Source of the DNA: a virus | Lineage: Duplodnaviria > Caudoviricetes | IMG/VR virus record: IMGVR_UViG_3300049142_000060 | Location: 7,652 to 71,651 of that record | Reading direction: 5' to 3' (one strand) | DNA: 64,000 bases | Shown here: piece after piece, positions 28,014 to 35,376 of the stretch | Numbering within the stretch: the first letter of the stretch is position 1 | Layout of the letters: each line of letters opens with the position of its first letter | Position numbers and translations under genes: made by a program | The notes under the pieces: model-generated | What the model was told of the DNA's origin: nothing | The model's input: only the letters and a program-made list of their open reading frames with translations | Databases searched by the model: none

Positions 28014-28262
28014 TTATTCGGTTGTGGTCCCAGAGTTGGCGCTCTGGTCCTTCTTCCACTTGAGCGAGACTGCTTGCTGGGTGATCTCAGCTAGTGCTGC
28101 GACCTTCTCTTGAGTCCACGTCGTGTTGCCTTCTCGCCGGCGGCGGCCTGCCTCTTGGATGAGGTTGTCTCGTTCGGCCGTGGCGTCCTTTAGGCGTTGG
28201 GCTGTGTCGCGGAGTCTGTCGGCAAGCATCTGATCGGTCAGCTCCTCCAAGTTCTCCGGCAC
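28014..28262 (-). CDS. small HTH regulator
   Basis: WTQEKVAALAEITQQAVSLKW; start moved to GTG after AAGGAA. Confidence 0.55.
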   Translation of the reverse strand: MPENLEELTDQMLADRLRDTAQRLKDATAERDNLIQEAGRRRREGNTTWTQEKVAALAEITQQAVSLKWKKDQSANSGTTTE

Positions 28263-28292
28263 TTCCTTTGTGTACCAGCACGGCAAGATCAA

Positions 28293-28307
28293 TACAAGTT
28301 ACTTGTA
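28293..28307. promoter_or_regulatory. perfect palindrome TACAAGT-T-ACTTGTA, candidate operator
   Basis: lies over the putative promoter of the small HTH gene. Confidence 0.5.
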
Positions 28308-28562
28308 CTTTATGGTAAGCGGATGCTGTCCAAGACGATGGAGTGTGGTTGCCCTGCCCTCCACCCGTCCCTCCGACTCGTAGAGAACAGGGCCACGTTG
28401 AACGCCCGGCCACCGCAACCCGCAGCGGAAACGGAGACCGGGCCGTCTGCAATGGTCGGCCCCGCCCGAGTACCCTCCACGGCTCGGGCGGGGTCGCCGA
28501 ACGCCTGGCTCTCACGGGGCGCAACGAAGTGTCCACCCTCGGCTCCGCGAGAGCCAGGCTGA

Positions 28563-29174
28563 CTATGGGGCCGCCTCGCGCCGCAGGTCGTGAAGGACGA
28601 CCAGGAGCTGTGTGGCCAAGGCCAACTCAAGCCGGGCGAACTCGTCCAAGGCGACGCAGACGTTCTTCTTCAACACGACGTCGCCGTTGCTGGCCGACTC
28701 CTGGACGGCGCCGGCGAGCACGCCGTACGGCTCGCTCTCGCCCACCGTGTAGACGGCGGCGCCCCGGCGCAGGCGAGGACACGATGCGATGGCGTCAGGG
28801 ATGCAGGAGCGGCAGGTCGGGGGAGCATTTGTGTAGCCGTCCCCGTTGCTGGTGTCGGTCGGGCCATCGGCGAGGATCCACCACACACGCCCCGTGTGGG
28901 GGTCGGTTGCCGGCTTGCCGCACACCTGGCAGAGACTCCGGAGCATCGCACGGCGTTGCCGCAAGGTGTTGACCAGCTTCCATTCCGGCCGGCCCTGGCG
29001 GGAGATGCCTTGCCGCGCCCACAGCACACCCCACATGCGGTCCTGGTCCACCTCGTCGAGGTAGGTCAGTCGGAGTCCGCCCGCGTCCGGGTGCCACCGG
29101 AGGGTCAACCGGCCCTCGGCAGCCTCCCCGGACCACGCAGTGATGTAAGGCACCAGTAGCTTGGTCGCAGTCAT
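28563..29174 (-). CDS. conserved actinophage hypothetical Zn-binding protein
   Basis: VPYITAWSGE...RQRRAMLRSLCQVCG...PPTCRSC...CPRL. Confidence 0.65.
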   Translation of the reverse strand: MTATKLLVPYITAWSGEAAEGRLTLRWHPDAGGLRLTYLDEVDQDRMWGVLWARQGISRQGRPEWKLVNTLRQRRAMLRSLCQVCGKPATDPHTGRVWWILADGPTDTSNGDGYTNAPPTCRSCIPDAIASCPRLRRGAAVYTVGESEPYGVLAGAVQESASNGDVVLKKNVCVALDEFARLELALATQLLVVLHDLRREAAP

Positions 29175-29359
29175 GGAAGGTCCCCCGTCGTGAACGGGGT
29201 CCTCTGAGTTAGGGCCGCATGGGCGCGAAGGATTGCGCCTTGTAGCTCCGCCTGCTCCGGGTCAGGTGCGGCGGCGGTCTCCTGGCTGCGTCGGTGGCGC
29301 AAGTGGTAGACGCCTTCAGCGTCCTGCTCGACGTCACATTCAGGGATGTGGAGGGACAT
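29171..29359 (-). CDS. hypothetical protein
   Basis: 62 aa coupled to the previous gene. Confidence 0.5.
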   Translation of the reverse strand: MSLHIPECDVEQDAEGVYHLRHRRSQETAAAPDPEQAELQGAILRAHAALTQRTPFTTGDLP

Positions 29360-29436
29360 GACCCGGACGCTAGAAGCGCATCGGATGGCCGATCAATGAA
29401 ATGGCGCGTCATTGCGCGAACATCGCACTGCGTTGC

Positions 29437-30300
29437 TTACGATGGCGCGTCGTCAGGAAAGTGTGTCTCGGCGAGGTCGTCGAGCACGCTGGTCATGAGT
29501 GCCCTCGCAGCCTTGCCGTATACGCTGACGTCCTGCATAAGCGCGAAGATTCGCCCGTAGAGCTCGATCTCCTCCGGCTGTGTCAGCGACAGCTCCGCCG
29601 CGAACGTTTCCACTGTCGCCAGACGAGCGTCGTACAGCCAGAACCCATGCACCGGCGCCTTGGGCAGACGAGCCGTGAACGGGACTACTCCAAGCGCCAC
29701 GTTGGGCAGCGTGGCCGATGCGATCAGCCGATCGATCTGCCCCATCAGCACCTCGGGAGGGCATAGCAGGTTGCGGAGCGTCGCTTCGGTGAGGATGAAG
29801 TGGAAGCGGTGGCCCGGCCTATACAGGACCTCCTGACGCGCCATCCGCGCCTGCAAGCCCTCGTCCAGGTCGTCAGCGACCTGATGGACTGCGATGGACT
29901 GGGCCATGATGTTGCGGGCGTACTCGCGCGTCTGCAAGAGCCCGGGGACCGTGGCGGGCTCGAAGGCTCGGATCAGATCGCTCTCCGCCTCGATGGCCGC
30001 AATCTGGAGCTGCCGGTCGCGTGTCCCGGAACGTAGCTGCCGTTGCCATGCTGCGTACGCCAACTCCAGGCCGCGGAGCTGAGCGACGAGCGACGGCTGC
30101 TCCTCGTCGGCGCCGCACGCCGATGCCCATTCCCGGATGTCGCCCTCGCTCGGGGTCTGCCGTCCGAGCTCGATCCGGGACACCTTCGTGGCCTGCCAGG
30201 CGAGCCGCTGCGCGAGCTGCTTGCCGTTCATCCCGGCGTCTTTGCGCAGCTCGCGCAGCCTCGCTCCTAGGGCCTCACGCGCCTGGCGAGGGTTCGGCAT
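29437..30300 (-). CDS. XRE HTH + DUF5753-type regulator
   Basis: LGARLRELRKDAGMNGKQLA...KVSRIELGRQTP; VPGLLQTREYA. Confidence 0.85.
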   Translation of the reverse strand: MPNPRQAREALGARLRELRKDAGMNGKQLAQRLAWQATKVSRIELGRQTPSEGDIREWASACGADEEQPSLVAQLRGLELAYAAWQRQLRSGTRDRQLQIAAIEAESDLIRAFEPATVPGLLQTREYARNIMAQSIAVHQVADDLDEGLQARMARQEVLYRPGHRFHFILTEATLRNLLCPPEVLMGQIDRLIASATLPNVALGVVPFTARLPKAPVHGFWLYDARLATVETFAAELSLTQPEEIELYGRIFALMQDVSVYGKAARALMTSVLDDLAETHFPDDAPS

Positions 30301-30838
30301 CGGCCCACTTCTTGACGTACACGGGATATGGCACGGCTACTTGCCATGCTGCGTCGCGGCTGACGCGAAGCCTGGCGACGATGTCAGGGTCGTCGACGCG
30401 TTCCATGCCGGTGAGGAAGTCGTCGTCGGCGAAGTGCAGCACGACGGCTGTGGTCTCGTCGAACAGCCAGTAGTCCACCTCCGGCAGGGGCAGGTCGGCC
30501 GCCTGGTCGCGGGGGAGGTAGCGGATATCCTCGCCGGCTTTGGCGTTTCCTGCGTTCAACCGGAGCTCGAACCGGATGTAGTTGGTGGGCGGCTCGGAGA
30601 CGATCCTGACCCTCTCCACGTGTCGACCGCTCGATGTGACCTGCCGCATGAGGTCCATCCAGGTCGCCCGCTGGACTCGGTTGAGTTCGTCGAGGCGTGG
30701 CCAGTCTCGTGCCTGGAACGCCTCCCACCGCTCCCGCTCGGCCGGCACGTTGTACCGGTCGCGCAGCTCCAGGCGGAACGCCCCGTGCTTCATCTGGCGG
30801 AACAGGTCGAGGAACTCATCGCCCGTCACCTGTGTCAC
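30275..30838 (-). CDS. DUF6879-type protein
   Basis: AFRLELRDRY...RVRIVSEPPTNYIRFE...AGEDIRYLPR...DYWLFDE. Confidence 0.75.
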   Translation of the reverse strand: MTQVTGDEFLDLFRQMKHGAFRLELRDRYNVPAERERWEAFQARDWPRLDELNRVQRATWMDLMRQVTSSGRHVERVRIVSEPPTNYIRFELRLNAGNAKAGEDIRYLPRDQAADLPLPEVDYWLFDETTAVVLHFADDDFLTGMERVDDPDIVARLRVSRDAAWQVAVPYPVYVKKWADAEPSPGA

Positions 30839-31032
30839 CGGTACAGCTCCAGGACGTCGGCGGGCACCTCGACTACCGTCTCGTCGTCCGCCAGATCGCG
30901 GACGTCGGCGAGAGCGGCGGGATCGGTGATGAGCTTGCCCTGCACCACGTAGGTTCCGCGGTCGGTCCGGTACAGCGCGGGACAGCTTCCCTCGTTGCTG
31001 CCGCCGGTCTTGCCCAGGTACGTGAGTCTCAT
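30835..31032 (-). CDS. small protein of the XRE/DUF6879 cassette
   Basis: SNEGSCPALYRTDRGTYVVQG...ETVVEVP. Confidence 0.7.
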   Translation of the reverse strand: MRLTYLGKTGGSNEGSCPALYRTDRGTYVVQGKLITDPAALADVRDLADDETVVEVPADVLELYR

Positions 31033-31238
31033 GCCCGCCTCCTGGCGCTGGGGATTGCGCGCGATTGCGCGCTGGCCCCTTGATATTTCAGTGCATGGGC
31101 GGAGGAGTCAATGGCCCGGTGGGAGGATGTAGAGGCGTCGTCAGGTGAAGCACCATGGATCGGAAAGCTGACCTGCGCAGGCGCCGGGTATCAGCGTATG
31201 GCGCCGTATATCGTGCGGCGCGAGTCGGGTTTGTCCGC

Positions 31239-31244
31239 TACTCT
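31239..31244 (+). promoter_or_regulatory. candidate -10 element TACTCT for the Y RNA / Ro60 transcript
   Basis: 7 nt upstream of the first Y RNA 5' end; no clear -35. Confidence 0.4.
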
Positions 31245-31251
31245 GGCGGTG

Positions 31252-31324
31252 GCTCAGGTGCGAAAGCTCCGGTTCCTTCATCTGCTAAATGAAACCGACC
31301 CGGCGCTGTCTCTGATCTCTGAGC
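31252..31324 (+). ncRNA. Y-RNA-like 1 (minimal, 73 nt) carrying a Ser(GCU) anticodon stem-loop
   Basis: terminal stem GCTCAG/CTGAGC; GGTGCG...TGATCT motif shared with units 2 and 3; hairpin TTCAT-CTGCTAA-ATGAA. Confidence 0.65.
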
Positions 31325-31346
31325 CTTCACAACTGGATATGCACCT

Positions 31347-31479
31347 TCCCGGTGCGCAGGTGACGGTTCCTTCGATTCTGGTTCGAGTAGTCCGGGTTCG
31401 AGTCCCGGCGGGCAGCAAGAGCGGCCCGTGGTGTAACTGGCAGCACGCTAAGCGTCCCGTCGCCGCTTTGATCTCGGGA
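31347..31479 (+). ncRNA. yrlA: YrlA-like Y RNA 2: circularly permuted tRNA-Gln(CUG) body
   Basis: TCCCG/CGGGA end stem; ASL TTCGA-TTCTGGT-TCGAG; T arm CCGGG-TTCGAGT-CCCGG; closed acceptor stem; D arm GTGTAACTGGCAGCAC. Confidence 0.8.
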
Positions 31480-31499
31480 GGGATACAACTTCAGAGCGC

Positions 31500-31637
31500 G
31501 TGCCCGGTGCGCAGGCGAGGGTTACTTCCACTGTTAATGGGGTTGTCGCGGGTTCGATTCCCGCCCTGGGCTCCGGCCCGGGTAGCTCAGTTGGCCAGAG
31601 CACCTACGTTTCCTTCACCGATTCTGATCTCGGGCAC
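31500..31637 (+). ncRNA. yrlA: YrlA-like Y RNA 3: circularly permuted tRNA-Asn(GUU) body
   Basis: GTGCCCG/CGGGCAC end stem; ASL TTCCA-CTGTTAA-TGGGG; T arm GCGGG-TTCGATT-CCCGC; acceptor CCTGGGC-TCCG-GCCCGGG; D arm GCTCAGTTGGCCAGAGC. Confidence 0.8.
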
Positions 31638-31694
31638 AAACTCTTGAACGAGGCCCCCTCTCAACTAACCACGAGCAGGGGGTCTCGTCGCGTC

Positions 31695-33275
31695 ATGGCG
31701 AAGTTCAACAGCACGAGCACGAAGGCAACCGTGTCCAGCCCGGTCAAGTCCGAGGCGACGCCGTCCGGCCGTACGTTCGAGGGCGCTCGCGGCTACGCGC
31801 GAGACCCCAAGGGCGAGCTGTTCCTGCTCGCTGTCATCAACATGGTGGGGGAGAACACCTTCTACGAGAAGGCGTCTGACCGCGACGCCCGGTTCCGGGC
31901 GTTAGTCCACCAGGTCGCCGTCGAGGACGGCGAGTGGCTGGCCCGCTTCCTGCCGTGGCTGCGGTCCGAGGCGAACATGCGCACCGCGCCCGTCGTCGCC
32001 GCGCTGGAAGCAGTCAAGGCCCGGCTCGCGGCCGGCGAGCACGGCCTGAACCGGCAGCTCGTCAACAGCGTCCTGCAGCGGGCCGACGAGCCCGGCGAGG
32101 CGCTCGCCTACTGGACGTCCACCTACGGCCGGGCAATCCCGAAGCCGGTCAAGCGCGGTGTCGCCGACGCAGTCCAGAGGCTCTACAGCGAGCGATCCCT
32201 GCTCAAGTACGACACCGCATCCCACGGGTGGCGATTCGGCGATGTCATCGACGTCGTCCACCCCGCGCCGCACGCGGACAAGCCGTGGCAGGGAGACTTG
32301 TTCGAGCATGCGTTGAACCGGCGGCACAACCGCGATGAGGTCATCCCCGATCGTCTCGAAGTACTGCAGGCAGCGCAGACGCTTTCGGCTCTGCCGGTGG
32401 ACAGGCGCCGTGCCTACGTGCTCGATCCCAGCCTGGTCACCTCCCCGGGCGGCCTGGCTGGGGCCGGATTCACATGGGAGCGGCTCGCGGGCTGGCTGCA
32501 GGGGCCGATGGACGCCGCAGCCTGGGAGGCTGTCATCCCGTCCATGGGGCTGATGGCGCTCACTCGGAACCTGCGCAACTTCGACCAGGCCGGCGTCTCC
32601 GACACGGTCGCCTCCGCGGTGGCGGCAAGGCTAGCCGACCCTGAGGAGGTGCGGCGCTCGCGCCAATTCCCGTTCCGGTTCCTCGCCGCCTACAAGCACG
32701 CCCCGTCGCTGCGGTGGGCGTACCCGCTGGAGCAGGCTCTTGGCCACTCGCTGGCCAACGTGCCAGCGCTCAAGGGGCGCACGCTCATCCTGGTCGACCG
32801 TAGCGGCAGCATGTTCGGCGGGATCTCCGAGAAGTCGGGGCTCAACCGTGCGGACTCCGCGGCGGTGTTCGGGGTGGCTCTGGCGATGCGCGCCGATTCG
32901 GCGGATCTCATCGAGTTCGGCACCAGCTCCCGTCCCGTCTCCTTCGCGGCCGGTGAGTCGGTGCTGCGCGTCGTCGAGCGGTTCGGCAACCTGGGCGGCA
33001 CCAACACCGCCGAGGCGGTCCGCGCCCACTACCGCAGCCACGACAGGGTCGTCATCGTCACTGATGAGCAGGCGTGGGGAGGCTACTACGGCGAGAACCC
33101 GACAGGGCAGGTGCCGGCAGACGTACCGGTCTACACCTGGAACCTCGCTGGCTACCAGTACGGCCACGGCCCCTCAGGGGAGCGGAATCGGCACACCTCC
33201 GGTGGGCTTTCGGATGCCGCGTTCCGGCTGATCCCTCTGATCGAGGCTGGGAAGAACGCCGACTGGCCGTTCTGA
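31695..33275 (+). CDS. rsr: Ro60 / TROVE-domain RNA-binding protein with vWA domain
   Basis: start moved to MAKFN; ENTFYE...LRSEANMRTAP...PSMGLMALTRNLRNF...RQFPFRFL; MIDAS LVDRSGSM; VIVTDEQ. Confidence 0.92.
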   Translation: MAKFNSTSTKATVSSPVKSEATPSGRTFEGARGYARDPKGELFLLAVINMVGENTFYEKASDRDARFRALVHQVAVEDGEWLARFLPWLRSEANMRTAPVVAALEAVKARLAAGEHGLNRQLVNSVLQRADEPGEALAYWTSTYGRAIPKPVKRGVADAVQRLYSERSLLKYDTASHGWRFGDVIDVVHPAPHADKPWQGDLFEHALNRRHNRDEVIPDRLEVLQAAQTLSALPVDRRRAYVLDPSLVTSPGGLAGAGFTWERLAGWLQGPMDAAAWEAVIPSMGLMALTRNLRNFDQAGVSDTVASAVAARLADPEEVRRSRQFPFRFLAAYKHAPSLRWAYPLEQALGHSLANVPALKGRTLILVDRSGSMFGGISEKSGLNRADSAAVFGVALAMRADSADLIEFGTSSRPVSFAAGESVLRVVERFGNLGGTNTAEAVRAHYRSHDRVVIVTDEQAWGGYYGENPTGQVPADVPVYTWNLAGYQYGHGPSGERNRHTSGGLSDAAFRLIPLIEAGKNADWPF

Positions 33276-33290
33276 CGCCCCGAACGACAG

Positions 33291-33321
33291 CGGCCCTGTC
33301 TCCCAGTGGGAGACAGGGCCG
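33291..33321. terminator. bidirectional terminator
   Basis: GGCCCTGTCTCCCA / TGGGAGACAGGGCC inverted repeat between convergent genes. Confidence 0.75.
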
Positions 33322-33335
33322 TCTCGCGTCATCAT

Positions 33336-34016
33336 CTACGGTTCGCAGACGACTCCGTCGCCGTCGCGGTCCTGGTACCAGGAGTACTCGGGATCACGGC
33401 CCCGGTAGTAGGGGCCGTATCCGGCGGCGTTGGCGTCGCCGCACGTCCTGTACCTCGGGTCGGTGCCGCCGCCTGGGTTAGTCGGGGTGGGGGTGGGCGT
33501 CGGTGTGGGCGTGGTGGTGCCTGTGTCGCACCGGCCGGACCAGATGCGCAGCCGCTCCCGCTTTGCCTTGGCCTCTTCGGCGCGCATGACCTTGATGTAA
33601 CGGTCGTTCGGCTTGTACAGGACAGCCTTGGCGTAGCCGTAGCGGGCCAGGTAGCGGTTGACGTGGACGCCCTTCGAGGACCATACGTAGTAGAGCCAGC
33701 GCCCGTAGCGGTCTTTGGGCTCCTGGTCGGCGAGTAGGTAGGCCGTCGTCCCTACCGGGAGGAGGGCTGTCGTCCGCGCGGTCGCTGTCTTGAACCAGCA
33801 CTTGCCGCGCTCTGGCGTGTCGACCTCCAACAGTCGTACCCGGATGGTTCGGCCGCCGCGGCTCAGGTCGACGGTGTCGCCGTCCACGATTTTCACGACC
33901 TTCGCCGATACGGCGCCTTTGGGAACGCCGACCGGAGCGGCCGCCGCGGGGAAGGCCAGCGCCGGTGACAGCAGGACGGCGGCAGCGACGGTGAGAGCGG
34001 CGGCTCGTAAGCGCAT
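33336..34016 (-). CDS. secreted thermonuclease (SNase) with excalibur Ca-binding domain
   Basis: signal peptide; KIVDGDTV...VRLLEVDTPE...DRYGRWLYYV; TP linker; TCGDANAAG...DRDGDGVVCE. Confidence 0.88.
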   Translation of the reverse strand: MRLRAAALTVAAAVLLSPALAFPAAAAPVGVPKGAVSAKVVKIVDGDTVDLSRGGRTIRVRLLEVDTPERGKCWFKTATARTTALLPVGTTAYLLADQEPKDRYGRWLYYVWSSKGVHVNRYLARYGYAKAVLYKPNDRYIKVMRAEEAKAKRERLRIWSGRCDTGTTTPTPTPTPTPTNPGGGTDPRYRTCGDANAAGYGPYYRGRDPEYSWYQDRDGDGVVCEP

Positions 34017-34196
34017 TGAGGCTCCTGGGGAGAGGGTGATTGGACGGGAGATAAGACGCTTGGTTGGCGGGATAGGTGCACCGTCATAGCGAGAAAGATT
34101 GGCGGATCTCAAAGCTTCGACGGCGACCCGTGAATTTGATACCGCTTTTGCCTCTCGCTGAGGCGCGGTGCGATCCGGGTAGCGATAAATGAGTGA

Positions 34197-34230
34197 AATG
34201 GTACCGCTTTCATTCAAAAGCGGTACCATT
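34197..34230. other. perfect 14-6-14 inverted repeat, candidate recombination core site
   Basis: AATGGTACCGCTTT-CATTCA-AAAGCGGTACCATT, 17 bp upstream of the recombinase ATG; extra half site TACCGCTTT at 34140. Confidence 0.65.
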
Positions 34231-34247
34231 CTTGTGGAGGTGCATTC

Positions 34248-34877
34248 ATGCCTACGCCGCCAACCAACCAAGGGCGACGATTCGCGCCCGAACCACTCAC
34301 TCAAGCTGAGTTAGGCAGGCTCCTCGCAGCCATCCCAGCGAGGTCGAATTCCGGCATCCGCCTTCGCGCCTTGGTCGCGGTCATGTCGGGAGCCGGACTT
34401 CGGGTCGAAGAAGCCCTGAACTTGGAGCCTCGTGATGTAGACCTGCAGGACTGCACAATTCGCGTGCGGCAGGGTAAAGGCGGCAAGAACCGTACAGTTG
34501 GTATCAATGATGGGGCCGCGGCTCATCTCGCGCGATGGATGGACAAACGCCCCGGCCTGGGCCTGACTGCTCGCCACAAGGTCTTCGCGACATACGAGAC
34601 GGGCAAGGTGGGTCATCCGCTCCAGCAGCGGTACGTGCGCGCCGCCCTGCGCCGGGCCGGCGATCGCGCCGGCATCACCAAGCGCGTCCACCCGCACGGG
34701 CTGCGCCACTCGCTCGCCTACCGGATGGCGCAGCAAGGCAAGCCCACTCATGCCATCCAGGCGCAGCTTGGTCACGGCTCTCTCGCCGTCACCGACCGGT
34801 ACGTGAAGCACCTCATGCCCGCGGACGTGATCGAGGTGGTGCGGGATCTGGACTGGTTCGAGGACGAAGCGGGTTAA
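34248..34877 (+). CDS. short tyrosine recombinase (catalytic domain only)
   Basis: AGLRVEE (R), GKGGK (K), HPHGLRH, QLGH, TDRYV (Y); 209 aa. Confidence 0.88.
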   Translation: MPTPPTNQGRRFAPEPLTQAELGRLLAAIPARSNSGIRLRALVAVMSGAGLRVEEALNLEPRDVDLQDCTIRVRQGKGGKNRTVGINDGAAAHLARWMDKRPGLGLTARHKVFATYETGKVGHPLQQRYVRAALRRAGDRAGITKRVHPHGLRHSLAYRMAQQGKPTHAIQAQLGHGSLAVTDRYVKHLMPADVIEVVRDLDWFEDEAG

Positions 34878-34938
34878 ACGAGACATGGGTACGTAGCCAT
34901 GATCGGCACGTACCCACCTCACTTCTACGCTCCCTTCC

Positions 34939-35376
34939 ATGATCGATCCGGACTCGGGGCGCCCGGTCTACCGTCAACTCGCTGACGTGATTCGCGCGCA
35001 GATCGATAATGGGCTTTTGCGCCCTGGCCAGCGGTTGCGAACCGAACCCGAGTACGTGGACGAGTACGGCATCAGCCGGGAGTCGGTCCGTAAGGCGATG
35101 GGCGTGTTGCGGGCCGAGGGGTTGATCATCACGACAAGGCAAGGATCACGCGTTCGTCCGCAACCGGACGTGGCGGAGGTGCCGTTGAGCGAGGACACTC
35201 GCATCAGTACGCGGATGCCCACGCAGAGGGAACGCCGCGTGCTGGGCATACCTGAGGGTGTGCCTGTCTTCGTCGTGGAACGGCCCGGTGTCGATCCAGA
35301 GGTGCTGGCCGGCGACCGGACGACGTTGGTCGTCGAGGCTGCATCCGCGCAGGGGGGCGCTCCCGGAGGGGAGTAA
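34939..35376 (+). CDS. GntR-family regulator (KorSA-like)
   Basis: PVYRQLADVIRAQI..G.LRPGQRL.TE.E..DEYGISRESVRKAMGVL. Confidence 0.85.
   Translation: MIDPDSGRPVYRQLADVIRAQIDNGLLRPGQRLRTEPEYVDEYGISRESVRKAMGVLRAEGLIITTRQGSRVRPQPDVAEVPLSEDTRISTRMPTQRERRVLGIPEGVPVFVVERPGVDPEVLAGDRTTLVVEAASAQGGAPGGE

Noticed and set aside
31347-31637. Two canonical tRNA genes (GGTTCGA T-loops, D-loops, anticodons)
   Set aside because: Arm order is permuted (anticodon-T-acceptor-D), the acceptor stem is closed by a loop and there is no 3' CCA end; treated as Y RNAs.
31111-31694. 178-aa ORF at 31111-31647 and the 65-aa N-terminal extension of the TROVE ORF from 31500
   Set aside because: Both run through the structured RNA units and are not protein-like; MAKFN at 31695 is the more plausible start.
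33478-33520. GGTGTGGGC-type tandem repeat as a regulatory microsatellite
   Set aside because: It encodes the ordinary Thr-Pro linker of the secreted nuclease.
34197-34877. Protelomerase and telomere site (linear phage-plasmid)
   Set aside because: The site has an asymmetric spacer rather than a continuous palindrome, and the 209-aa enzyme is far shorter than protelomerases.
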